Assembly: GCF_001194135.2 (NCBI RefSeq) | Contig: NC_068984.1 | Coordinates: 73,491,835-73,531,266 of the forward strand | DNA from: Octopus bimaculoides | Taxonomy: Eukaryota | Length of the DNA stretch: 39,432 nt | Direction: 5' to 3' | Program-made: the position numbers and the translations under genes | Notes under the pieces: model-generated | Told to the model about the DNA's origin: nothing | Databases searched by the model: none | Seen by the model: only the letters and a program-made list of their open reading frames with translations | Part shown: positions 25,184-37,324 of the stretch, in pieces | Layout of the letters: each line of letters opens with the position of its first letter | How positions within the stretch are numbered: the stretch's first letter is position 1

Positions 25184-26014
25184 GTGTGTGTGTGTGTGTG
25201 TGATATGTGTGTTTATGTCTTTATGTTTGTGTTTGTAAACCTGACTGTTTGACAAACCAGTATTGGTTTGTTTACATTCATCTAACTTAGTGGTTTCGCA
25301 AAAGAGGCCAGTAGGATAAGTAGCAAACATAAAAATAAGTAAAGGGATCAATTTGATCAACTAAATCCTTCAAGACGATGCCCCAGCATGGCTGCAATCC
25401 AATGACTGAAACAAGTAAAAAGTAAGAGATAATTAAGAAACTAGGTTCCGTTTTTGTGCTATGTCAGGAACCCAAATTATTACAAGTTTTATGGAGTCAG
25501 TCTTTAGTCTACGTACAAATCGGAATGGTTGGAATTGAGAATGCACTTGATATTTTTTTTTTTTCTCTTTACTAACTTCATTTCAGAATAGATTGAAAGA
25601 GTCAAGCGAAGAAATCACCCAGTCTCAGTGTTATAGTAATAAGACACAGAGCACAATCAAACAACCTTGAATGACAAGGAACAGATTAACTATTGTTCTA
25701 ATGTATTTCTTTTATAATGTATATACTCGGACAAATGTTGTGATCAGTATATGTGTGTGCATGCATATGTGTATATAGGTACATATATACACATACACAC
25801 ACACACATATATATATACACATATATACGTGCATACATATATACATACATACATGCATATATATACATACATATATACACAAATATATTCATACATACAC
25901 ACATATATTCACATTATATATATACATGTATATGTATAGATATATATATATATATATGTATGTATGTATGTAAATATATATATATATGTATTGATGTAAG
26001 TATATATGTGCATT

Positions 26015-26064
<50 letters not shown>

Positions 26065-26126
26065 TACATGTATACACACACACATATATATATGCAAATA
26101 CACAAATATATGCACACAATTTTATG

Positions 26127-26157
<31 letters not shown>

Positions 26158-26179
26158 GCATGTGAGAGTACAAATCTCT

Positions 26180-26330
26180 TTACAACTGGCAATTCTTCAC
26201 CATGATTCTTCTATCTGGTGACAGTGTTCTGGGAAATACTATTTCAAAATTTATTATAAGATTGCCAAATTTATCGGGATTGTCAGCATGTGGCATTCCT
26301 TCTCCTGGCACTACTTTTGTGTAACCAGGT
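26180..26330 (-). CDS. DNAJB13: DNAJB13-like Hsp40, terminal coding exon
   Basis: Acceptor tctgtttcAG|A. Encodes (K)[49 protein letters not shown]-stop (TAA 26182-26180). PGEGMP and GNLII-F-I-FP are DnaJ-C motifs, and the length matches the human C-terminus. Confidence 0.92.
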
Positions 26331-27496
26331 CTGAAACAGAAACATAAATAGCTTTGCATTAGTTAATGGTAAAACTATGTTCAGTATAGATAACAGATAT
26401 TTTGCTTAACAGCACAGATTAAATGCTAGATCAGCTACAGTGGCTAAAATGTATTTCTAGTACTGTTTTGTTGCTACATTAAAAATATATATTAAATTAC
26501 CACTCACTATTTTCACCTATGGAGCTTTACATTGCTATTCTAAATACTAGTAATAGCAGCCAAATCTCCCTTAAGTTATACATTTGCCTTTTTGAAACGG
26601 GACCTACAGAATATTAGAATACTACAAGCAGAAACCAATGACTTTGATTTCTGGTCTGCTTGTTTTGACTAGATCTGGGGCCAGATAAATAATGTGTTTT
26701 AGATTGAGTTTCTAAAACAGACAGCAGAAATAACTTGACTGAAAGGATCGGGAACTGAAGTTTTATTTTAAAAATCATACTTTACTTTTTACAGGTATCT
26801 AGGTGTGGGAGCTTAGCTGAGAGGTTTACATCTTCACTTGGAACCCTGTAACTCCGAGTTCCATAGTTGCTATGATTGGATAATCTTCCTAATACCTATC
26901 ACTGATACAGAAAACACTAGGTGCATCTTATGTCACAATCACTAAAGTTCTTGTTTTGTAGCCAGTAAGACTAAAGAGCCTTCTCTAATGATGTTGTCCC
27001 TCATCATTTGCCAACCATTTTACAAAGTTTGATGGGTGCATTTTATCACAGCAGTATCACTGGAGGGGTTAATTTGTCTGTTCATTCAAGGTGACATAAC
27101 TGAGGAAAGGGTCAGAAGAGAAAGTGATAACTGAAAAAAAAATAGTGTGAAAGGGTGGTAGAAAAGAGATGATATGGTGGGATCTACTTTGGCCTGACCT
27201 TCTCTCACCTCTGCATTCTCCTCATTCGACAATCTATCATTGTTTTTAATGTCCACATTTCTATGCTTGTATTGTCAGACAGAATTCAATGAGGCAGATT
27301 TCCTATGATTGGATGCCCATCACTGACTTTCACATGTTTCCAAGGAAATTAATATTTTCCCATAGCTGGGCATGTTTCCACAGAAGACAGGAAATAAATG
27401 ACACTTTTTGTAAAGTGATGATGCCCAATAAAAAACTATTGCAAGCTGTCAAAACAAAGAACCACTCCCACATACATACACACTTACATGCATACA

Positions 27497-27530
<34 letters not shown>

Positions 27531-28432
27531 AATACATACATACATACATACACACACAGACACATACATACATACATACATAAATACATACATACATACA
27601 TACACACATACATATACACACACACATATACATACATACACATACATACATACATACATACAGATAGACAGAGACAGACATATATATACTTATATATAGA
27701 AAGATGGAGACACAAAAACACATATACAAATGCATGCATATATATATATATAGGTTGGGTTTTTTTCAAGTTCCCTCTACTAAATCCACCCACAAGGCTT
27801 TGGTCAGCTTAGAGTATAGTACAAGACACTTGCCCATCTATGCATCACAGTGGAACTGAATCCAAAACCATATAGCTGGCAAGCAAACTCCTTGGTCAGA
27901 CACAGTAAGTGCACAAATATGGTTCCATAAATTCTTTTTGCAAACATCTCATTTCTCTCCGGTACATTGCCTTGAAATCCAAAGCAACTCTCACCTAGAA
28001 TCCTCATCTCTCAGAACATCTAAATCCTTACATTATTTTCAGCTTCTCTTCTAGCTTTGATATTACTCTTTGCTTCTAACTCCTTCTAAATAATTCTAAG
28101 CCTATCTATCTATTATGCCTCTATAGTACTTAGCCACTAACATGGTTTTGTCTAACTGGATCCTTGTACCAATAATACATCTGTTCTGTTGCTCACAGCA
28201 AACTGTCTTCAAGATCCCAGTTGTCCTCTATATAATAAATCGTTGTTTCCTTCCTTCCTGTCATATTCCTCAGCTAGTGCTTCCCTGAACCAACATCTGG
28301 TTAAGAAGATATTCAGTTTTTAGATCTCTGTTTGCCATCAACCTCTCATACTAAGGTCATTGGCCGTTAGACTATTAGACTACACCAACAACATAAAAGG
28401 TGAAAAATATTTAGTAACTATTTTCTACTTAC

Positions 28433-28604
28433 TTTACTACATCGGTAATAGGAATATGTAGAATTCGATCATCCAAAGTAGAAATATCAACTATACATCC
28501 TGTCAAGGCCTTCTCCAAGGACACAGTAGCTGTATGGTATAAATCATGACCTTTTCTGTGAAACCGTTTGTGTGAATGGTCTTTCAATGTGAAGATAATA
28601 TCGG
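28433..28604 (-). CDS. DNAJB13: DNAJB13-like Hsp40, internal exon
   Basis: Acceptor catcataatttcAG|CC and donor GTAAA|GTaagt. Encodes (A)DIIFTLKDHSHKRFHRKGHDLYHTATVSLEKALTGCIVDISTLDDRILHIPITDVV(K). KALT and TLDDRxLxIPI are typical of DNAJB13. 172 nt, phase 1 to 2, in phase with both neighbours. Confidence 0.92.
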
Positions 28605-29199
28605 CTGAAATTATGATGAAAATATTATAATCAATTGTGAGGAAACTGATTTTCTTATGTTACTAATAGACACAGATGGGAGTTTTTAAGTGTTTGGGTA
28701 CCTTGGGTACGAAGCACTGATTTTGCAGTAAGGAACAAATAATAATTAAATAAAATAATAGATTAAAACTGACTAAACACATGTGATTTTATAGGTCACA
28801 AAAAGGCCATAATGTAGTCATTCAATCCTCTAGAGATAGAAACCAAATCCCCATCAAATTACACTCTGCAGTGTTAAAAATAAGGAGACAGGGAGTAATA
28901 TGGTGTGAGGTACAGAGTCTCTGGGAAAAAAGAGAGAAAAGTCACAGTTAGAATGCCTTTTATCAAAGATCTTCTCAATTAAGGTCTTTAGGGGACAAGA
29001 AGTAACAGCATTGGTCTATCCCCTAATGTTCTATCCCAAATAACCTGGTACCAAATGTTAACATTTTGTAAAATTGTAGAATTATGTGTGCTGCATCATG
29101 TACAAAAGAAAATGCCATCAGTGGATTTGTACTCAGAGCTCCAAAGCTGGTAGTCCAACACCATATTCACTTGACCATAATAACTTTGCATGTTCCTAA

Positions 29200-29332
29200 A
29201 TAGCATCTAACCACGGAAACCATGCCAAAACAGACAAATGGGGCCCGAGTAGCCCTCCAGCTGGCCAACTCCTGCCAAACTATCCAACCCAAACCAGCAT
29301 GAAGACTGGATGTTAAAAGATGATGATGATGA
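29200..29332 (+). mobile_element. Diverged extreme 3' tail of the RTE family in the DNAJB13 intron
   Basis: atccaacccaaaccagcatgaagactggatgttaaaagatgatgatgatg resembles the tails at 22340-22384 and 25140-25183. Confidence 0.6.
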
Positions 29333-29379
29333 ATATATACATATACATATATAAAGAAAATGAAAAATGGCATAAATAC

Positions 29380-29512
29380 CAGGAATTGTATTGGGTCCTT
29401 GATCACTCTCATTCGGAAAGACGATTGTAGTATCAGGCAGCCATCCTTTCCTTACGGTAATGTTAAGAATCTTGTCTCTGATACTTGATGTATGTCCATC
29501 ATCATTCATAAC
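29380..29512 (-). CDS. DNAJB13: DNAJB13-like Hsp40, internal exon (first exon visible in window)
   Basis: Acceptor tgatttAG|GTT at 29514/13 and donor CCTG|GTattt at 29379. Encodes VMNDDGHTSSIRDKILNITVRKGWLPDTTIVFPNESDQGPNTIP, matching the DNAJB13 C-terminal domain (human [44 protein letters not shown], recalled). 133 nt, phase 0 to 1. Confidence 0.92.
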
Positions 29513-29599
29513 CTAAATCATTTGGAACAACAGGAAGAATATGAAATGTGTGTGTGTGTGTGTGTACGTACTATATGGGAAATAGACTTTAAACGATGA

Positions 29600-29642
<43 letters not shown>

Positions 29643-29992
29643 TATGTGTGAGTATGTATATATATATATANNNNNNNNNNNNNNNNNNNNNNNNNNNNNN
29701 NNNNNNNNNNNNNNNNNNNNNNNNNNNNNNNNNNNNNNNNNNNNNNNNNNNNNNNNNNNNNNNNNNNNNNNNNNNNNNNNNNNNNNNNNNNNNNNNNNNN
29801 NNNNNNNNNNNNNNNNNNNNNNNNNNNNNNNNNNNNNNNNNNNNNNNNNNNNNNNNNNNNNNNNNNNNNNNNNNNNNNNNNNNNNNNNNNNNNNNNNNNN
29901 NNNNNNNNNNNNNNNNNNNNNNNNNNNNNNNNNNNNNNNNNNNNNNNNNNNNNNNNNNNNNNNNNNNNNNNNNNNNNNNNNNNNNNNNNNNN

Positions 29993-30358
29993 ACATAAGA
30001 TGCACCATTTTGAGCGTGGCCGTTGCCAGTACCGCCTGACTGGCCTTCGTAGGATTTTCGAGCGAGATCGTTGCCAGTGACCCTGGACTGGCTCTTGTGC
30101 GGGTGGCACATAAAAGACACCATTTCGAGCGTGGCCGTTGCCAGTATCGCCTGACTGGCCTTCGTGCGGCTGACACGTAAAAGCACCTACTACACTCTCT
30201 GAGTGGTTGGCGTTAGGAAGGGCATCCAGCTGTAGAAACTCTGCCAAATTTAGATTGGAGCCTGGTGTTGCCATCCGGTTTCACCAGTCCTCAGTCAAAT
30301 CGTCCAACCCATGCTAGCATGGAAAGCAGACATTAAACGATGATGATGATGATGATGA
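29993..30358 (+). mobile_element. 3' UTR/tail of the same RTE family (5' part lost in the N gap), in the presumed DNAJB13 intron
   Basis: cacgtaaaagcacctactacactctctgagtggttggcgttaggaagggcatccagctgtagaaac...catgctagcatggaaagc...(GAT)n, matching 25007-25183. Confidence 0.85.
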
Positions 30359-31933
30359 TATATATGTATATATGTATATTTGCAGTATAAGATATGTATT
30401 CAGAGAATCATTTGACTATCATAGAAACTTGAATTGCTGGAGTAACCATGATGTTCTGGTGATGTGATGAGCTAGCATTCTTTATTTGCATTGATTTCTG
30501 TATATACAAATGTATTGCATAATGTAGAGCATGCATATCAAGGCAAACATGTAAGCATGATTTCTTCCACACTGAAAATATTATTATATCAAGATGGCTT
30601 CGAAATAGTTAAGTGGTTAAATAAATATATTCCCCTTAACTGCCTCTTGACATTTTATGGTTGACACACACACACACACACACACACACACANNNNNNNN
30701 NNNNNNNNNNNNNNNNNNNNNNNNNNNNNNNNNNNNNNNNNNNNNNNNNNNNNNNNNNNNNNNNNNNNNNNNNNNNNNNNNNNNNNNNNNNNNNNNNNNN
30801 NNNNNNNNNNNNNNNNNNNNNNNNNNNNNNNNNNNNNNNNNNNNNNNNNNNNNNNNNNNNNNNNNNNNNNNNNNACACACACACACACACACACACACAC
30901 ATGATGATGATGTCAATGATGATGACAAAGAAAACAATAATCAAAACAAACATTTAAGCCATTTCACTTTCATATTTCACAACCCAGCCCAGTTCTTCTT
31001 CTTTGCAGTTTGTTGAATTGCTAGAAGTAGCAACAAAATGAATTTCCATCAAATTATATGCTACTGACATTTTTTTGTTTCTGAAAGGATAGGTGGTACA
31101 TAAATGTAATTCCAAATACACTAAATTAATCTGAAGAAAAGATGAAATAATCCTGTATGGAATATCTTCAATCACAGATCTTTTAGAGCATTGATAATCT
31201 TGGTCTAAAAATCGACAACAGTAGGAACAACAATTTCCATCTTCCACTCAGTATATCAACAAAAGTTGCCTGCTGTAACCTGGGATAGGAAAATACAATA
31301 CTTTGCTAAAATGGTAACAATGCTACCAATGTTGTTCATGTAGATGTTTAGCACAAGGTCAACTCTGATCAAGACATGAGCACTTCCTCTTTTTACAGGG
31401 AGTGTAGCACTGAATGTTACATCCTATAGCTTCTCTGTTTCCAAGTTTAGTGGAATAAAACACCTTTACTTGACAAACAGGTAAGAGTTGTCAGTAAAAG
31501 AAAAATGCACATTACCTCAAATAAATATGCATCTAACCTATGCGAGCATAGAAAACAGGACGTAACACAAATGATTAAATAAACAACTGTAGAATAGTTG
31601 TAGAAGGCAATTTGGCTAGTATAAAACTATGCAGGAGCGAGTTATTCCTTTGTGATATACTCTAAGAACACAATCACACAGCATATCTAAGATGGCTCTA
31701 AAATCAGTTGAATTTGAAAAAAAGAATCAAAAAGAGGTGAAACTTATTAGATCAATGCAGCCAGGTTGCAGTTTTGGTGTTCTTCAGCATCCAGCCTGCT
31801 CTGTTGCATTAACCATTCTTGTAAGTAAAGCTGTACAGAGATTAGAACTACATTGCAAATGCATATACATACATGCATGTATACATGTACATATATATAT
31901 ATATCTTTGTAAATATACATGTATATAAATGTA

Positions 31934-32456
31934 TGAGGTGGTATCGAAAGGTTCCTGGACTGGTTATGTTTAATAAAGAATAACTTATTTACCTAAGTTT
32001 TAACATAATTTTCTTCGAAATAGTCACCTTGTGCAGCAATACACTGGTCCCAGCATTCCTGCCACTTCTGGAATCTGGCCTGGAAGTCATTTTCCCTAAG
32101 AGACATGCGGACCTTCTGCTATTTGCTCTTGATCTCAACAGCAATATTAAAAAGCGACCTTTGAGCTGCATTTTCATCTTGGGGAAGAGATGGAAGTCCA
32201 CAGATGTTAAATCTGGCAAATAGGGTGAGTGTTGAAGTGATATCATGTTGTTTTTAGCAAGAAACCCACATGTGAGAAGAGCTCAGTAACAGGGTGCATT
32301 GTCCTTGTGAAGAATCCAAATGTTAGGATTGCCTGCATGAACTCATACGACAGACCAACAACATCAACAATGTCATTGATTGTCCTCTGACAGTCCTCAT
32401 CCACAAGCTAATGAATTTTCTCCACATTTCCAGGGGTAGTGCTCATGGTAGGTCTT
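31934..32456 (-). mobile_element. Internally deleted mariner transposase remnant with 3' TIR
   Basis: RPTMSTTPGNVEKIH*LVDEDCQRTINDIVDVVGLSY... is joined to WILHKDNAPC...NNMISLQHSPYLPDLTSVDFHLFPKMKMQLKGR (YSPDL motif). TIR-like TA|TGAGGTGGTATCGAAAGGTTCCTGGACT at 31934. Confidence 0.85.
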
Positions 32457-32504
32457 AATTATCTCAAATAATAATAATTATTTTTATTATTATTATTTTG
32501 TACT

Positions 32505-33210
32505 ATAGGCACAAGGCCTGAAATTTGGTGGAGAGTATAGTCAATTACATTGACTCCAGTACATAACTGGTACTTATTTTATCGACCCTGAAAGGATGAA
32601 AGGCAAAGTTGACCTCAACAGAATTTGAACTCAGTACATAAGGATGGATGAAATACTGCTAAGTATTTAGCCCGGCTTACTAATGGTTCTGGCAGCTCGC
32701 TGCCTTTATATAATAATAATAATAATAATCATAATCATAATAATAATAATAATAATGGTTTCAAATTTTGGCACAAAGCCAGCAGTCTGGAGAAGGATTA
32801 AGTTAATTAAATTGACCCCAGTGCTCAGCTGGTACTTATTATATCAACCCCAAAAGGATGAAAAAGAAAGTTGACCCTGGTGGAATTCAAACTCAGAGTT
32901 TAAAGATGGATGAAATGCTGCTAAGCACTTCATTTGATATGCTAATGACTCTGCTACCTTGCCACCTTAATAATAATAATGAGGATAGTAATAATAATAA
33001 TGGTTTCCAATTTTAGCACAAGGCCAGCATGTTTCGAGGAGTGGGTAAGTTGATTCCATCAACCCCAGTGTTCAACTGGTACTTATTTTATCGATCCCAA
33101 AAGGTTGAAAGCCAGAATCGACCTCAGAAGAATTTGAACTCAAAACGTAAAGACATTTGGAAAGCTACTAAGCATTTTACCCAATGCATTAACAATGCTA
33201 CCAGCTGACC
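32505..33210 (-). mobile_element. Three head-to-tail SINE family A copies separated by (AAT)n tracts
   Basis: Units at about 32505-32705, 32757-32968 and 32998-33210, each with ggcacaaggcc...ggtacttatttt(at)cga...gaatttgaactcag. Confidence 0.88.
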
Positions 33211-33774
33211 AATAATAACAATTGTTAATAATAACTAGTTAAAACATGTAATAGATGAACAATAAACAAGAAGACAATTGTAAACAAGGTCTGGTATATA
33301 GAGATAAAATTAGTAAGACCAGAGAAAAATTCAATCTAATTATTATAGATAATGCCAATCTTACAAACAAATCATTGAAAAAAAGCTTTGAAATCTTGTT
33401 ACTGACTTTTGGTTCATAGACTTCCCTTGATGATATGATTGATGTTGTTTTCGTATTGCAGCTAAAATCTGGGAATGGACCAGTGATGTTTGTGTGGAGG
33501 TAGGATAGTGTGTAGTGTTGGGCTGGTGGGTTGAGTTGGAGGTAGATGTAGTTAGATGCAGGTTAGATTAAGATGGGTTTGTGGGACAGCTTCAGCTGAT
33601 TCGGTGCTGATATTCTGATGATGTGGTTCCTATTTGGTTGAGTGTTTGTCTGGTTTGGTCTGATCTCATCAGCTTAACTTAGAATCTGTCTGTGTGTATG
33701 AATATTTGGGGCTTACTTCACAATGCATATACGCACATGCACATATATATACATTCACACACACACACACACAA

Positions 33775-33827
<53 letters not shown>

Positions 33828-33895
33828 NNNNNNNNNNNNNNNNNNNNNNNNNNNNNNNNNNNNNNNNNNNNNNNNNNNNNNNNNNNNNNNNNNNN

Positions 33896-33944
<49 letters not shown>

Positions 33945-34145
33945 AATATCATCATCTACAACATTTAACATCTGTTTTCCATGCTCGCATGAGTTGGATG
34001 GCTTGACAGGAACTGCCAAAGTCAGTGGCTGCATTAGGTTCTATAGTTCTTTTGGTTTTGGTTTCTACAACTTGATGCCCTTCCTAACACCAACCACTTT
34101 ACAGAGTGTGTAGTGTGCTTTTCACGTGGCATCATCACCAGTGCT
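33945..34145 (-). mobile_element. Diverged 3' tail of the same RTE family
   Basis: Reverse complement reads cacgtgaaaagcacactacacactctgtaaagtggttggtgttaggaagggcatc...catgcgagcatggaaaacagatgttaa...gatgat. Confidence 0.75.
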
Positions 34146-34223
34146 TTTTATGTGGCACCAATGATTTTGAATCATTGTCTGATATATATAAAATTTTTTT
34201 AATATTTTTGTAAACTCTATATA

Positions 34224-34463
34224 TTGGGTTGGCAACTAAGTTCCCCGCTGTTTTTCTCAATTTTGGAATTCATTGTGTTTTTAAATTTTGGAATCTATTT
34301 TTTTCGAGAATTCTATTTTCGAATCATGTTGGAATCTATTTTGTTTTTTTGTTTTTTTTTCTAGTTAATTTTAGTTAATTTTTGTTTATTTTCAGATCAT
34401 TAAAATGGAATGTCAAATTAAGAAAAAGGAGCATTTTCAACACCTCCTTCTTTTCGCTTTTTA
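34224..34463 (+). mobile_element. Mariner 5' end (TIR plus first transposase codons)
   Basis: TA|TTGGGTTGGCAACTAAGTT terminus. ATG at 34405 gives MECQIKKKEHFQHLLLFAF, cf. mariner N-terminus (E)HFRHxLLFxF. Confidence 0.75.
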
Positions 34464-34934
34464 TGTTGAGTACAAACTCAGTATGGAGGAAGAACAATTC
34501 TATCAACATGTGCAATTTTAACAACTTGTGTTAGTCAATGAGAAGTTATGCCTACTTTTACAATACTATCAAGATGACTCTTGTATATGTGTGTGTGCAT
34601 GCATGTGTGTAAGTGTATGCACATACACACACACATATATATATAGATATATATACACAATTGTGTGTTTAAGAAGTTTGCTTTCCAACCATATGGGTTT
34701 GAGCTCAGTCCCATTAAGCAGCATCTTCAACAAGTGACTTCTGTTATAATCCAAGACCAACAAATGCATTGTAATTAGATTTGGGAGAAAGAAACTCAAC
34801 ACCAAAGGTGAGTTGAGTATAAATATATAAATTAACATCAAGATCTAATTACCAATACCTTTGTTTTCCTTTCAGTCACTGAAAGGTTACAAAATAAACA
34901 AGGATAAACAAAAGTAAACAAAAATCATGACTGA

Positions 34935-34969
<35 letters not shown>

Positions 34970-35953
34970 AATGCATGTATTATTGAGTGTAGAAGTGTGT
35001 GTATGCATTAATATGTTCACTAACGCATGTGTGTGAAGAGAAATGAAATGTATGCATGCATATATATATGTAAGACAATATGCTAAAATTTTGATCCTAT
35101 TTCAACAAGATACACTCTGAATACTATTAACAAATTTTGGTGGAAGTTCTACGCTGTAGATGAATTTTCTAAATTACTTTTGACTGGATTGTAATAAAGG
35201 GAAGCATCGAATTCCATGTGCAAATAATCTATAAATGATAACTGCAAAGGGACACATGCACACAAACACACACATAACACCCCTACATACACACAAACAC
35301 TCATAAACACTCATAAAACATCAGCACACATAATTGTGTATATATTTATGCACAAACAGAAACACATAAAGCTACTTATACATGCATGTACACACTCAGA
35401 CACATGCACACGGGCATGGTTGATCAATATATTACTAGAGATGCAAATATGCAGCTTGTAGCAATAGCGGAATGTAACAAAATATAATTGCAGGATGTTA
35501 GGGGTCATTATGGGATGATGTTATGAGCTACGCACTGTTTTTGGTGTCTTTCTTTTTTTTGCCATTTATAGATGATGTGTGGTATGACTATAACATGGCT
35601 TCAGGACATGCAGTTGTTAAAACTTCAGGCAAATGTAAAATTGTAGATCTAATTTATTAAATAACAGCCAGAAGCCATTGCAAAATGTCATAATGGCATA
35701 GTGGGAAACGCAGCTTGTGGTATTTTGGTATCTATAAATAATGCAACTCTCTTGCATGCCATCAATGTTATATGTTGTGTCTTGTATTCTGTGTCTTCTG
35801 CGATACAACACGCTCATCTTTTTGCAATTATAGTTGATGCATCACAGCTCCTTGGCATCTTATAGCCCATGTGTGTTTATCTAGACTGGTGCTACCACCA
35901 TTTACTGTTAAATGTGCATACATCTCTCTCTCTCTCTTCATATATATATATGT

Positions 35954-35984
<31 letters not shown>

Positions 35985-36108
35985 ATGGAAGGGAAGATAG
36001 ATATAAATAGCTAGATATATAAATATATTGCATTTATATATTTGTGTGTGTGTGTGTGTACATCTATATGCATGCAAATGTTTCTATATATGTATAGATA
36101 TAAGCATG

Positions 36109-36174
<66 letters not shown>

Positions 36175-36419
36175 GGGGGGGGGGTGATATGTGTGTGTGT
36201 GTGTGTGGATAAATACTTACATATTTATATGCATATATGTACACACATGAACTTTTTTTGTCAATGGCCAATTGTATTTCAGACAGTAACTTCTTCATTT
36301 TTTACAGTTCCCTTCTTCAGTTAATTTCTAGAACAGCACCTTTCATGGCTCATAAATGCTATGCAGATATGACATGGTTTTTGGCAACACCTGCAGGAGG
36401 ACAATGTTGAAGTTGAAGT

Positions 36420-36835
36420 ATCTATGACTATTGTGCACTTACATCTTTATCTCAACTCCTCAACCTGTTGAATGTGGGTTACTTCATAAGCTTTGGCTCC
36501 TCTACTCACAGCTGGTCTCCACTTGCTACAGTTCTTTGCTGACGCTTTGCATTTTCCATCATCGATGAAGAACTCTTTCAGGGTACTTTTACATTGGTCA
36601 TTAAAACACATAGGATATTAGATGTCCTATGTGCTTTTCCCCATCTTCTGGCTCTCCATACAACATTTGTTCAGGGTCATCCATTCGTGTAACATACCTA
36701 GTCACATGAGGCATATAGATCTAAGTATTGGGAAGAGTGATGGGACTTCTGCTCTCCAGAACGCTTTGGTGTCAAGAACTTTTCTTTGCTGTCTGATGCT
36801 AAGAATCTTCCTCAAACAACACATGTAGGATCCCT
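36420..36835 (-). mobile_element. Decayed RTE/BovB-like LINE ORF2 C-terminal fragment
   Basis: Minus strand reads YMCCLRKILSIRQQRKVLDTKAFWRAEVPSLFPILRS...VTRMDDPEQMLYGEPEDG...QCKSTLKE...WRPAVSRG, cf. RTE FHxRCLRRILxIxWQDxVxNxEVL...LRWLGHVxRM...LYGEL. Confidence 0.7.
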
Positions 36836-36990
36836 TTAATCTTCTTTTTAGACTTAAATCCATTATCAATGTTTCTCTTCCATAAAAGATGTATGTCTGA
36901 TAGATGAGAGTTTTAGTCTAATACAAACATATATATATATATATATATATCCGTTGGAAAACAGTTTATAGCAGAGACTCCAGCAAATAA

Positions 36991-37026
36991 GATCTGAAGA
37001 AGGAATTGTAATTCCGAAATATCATC
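36991..37026 (+). ncRNA. Minimal type I hammerhead ribozyme motif, intact core
   Basis: GAU-CUGAAGA-A-GGAAU(UGUA)AUUCC-GAAAUAUC-AUC: perfect 5-bp helix II, AUAU palindromic helix III, AUC triplet, 3-bp helix I. Confidence 0.68.
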
Positions 37027-37111
37027 GGACTATAGATAACCAAGTTACAACAGGTATATAGTCCATTTTTTGTTCTATAGTGCATTGTTATACCTTTCTA
37101 AACTTTTTATT

Positions 37112-37147
<36 letters not shown>

Positions 37148-37324
37148 CATAATGTATATACACACACACACACACACACATATATATGATGGATTCTCTC
37201 TTCATGAACGACAAATGAGGATTCAGTAAAATAAAGCAGTAATCCTGTTTAATGGACATGTATGTGTTTCTTGCAAACCTTCTGATCAATAGAACTAGTT
37301 GACTAGTTCGTTCGAGTGCTTCTG

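Noticed and set aside
26180-29512. Assignment to DNAJB1/4/5
   Set aside because: DQGPN, KALT, TLDDR and PGEGMP match DNAJB13 rather than the DE(T)P, EALCG and GxGLP motifs of DNAJB1/4/5.
30262-30296. Antisense CUGAGGA-CUGGU-GAAA-CCGGA hammerhead-like string in the RTE tail
   Set aside because: No U16.1/H17 or helix I, and not conserved in the other tail copies (22310, 25110).
33640-33680. Minus-strand CUGAUGAGAUCAGACCAAAC, a possible decayed hammerhead at the edge of a repeat-like block (33240-33690)
   Set aside because: GAAA and helix I are missing; too degenerate to call. Other isolated CTGANGA hits (5377, 6314, 20101, 31131) also lack helices.
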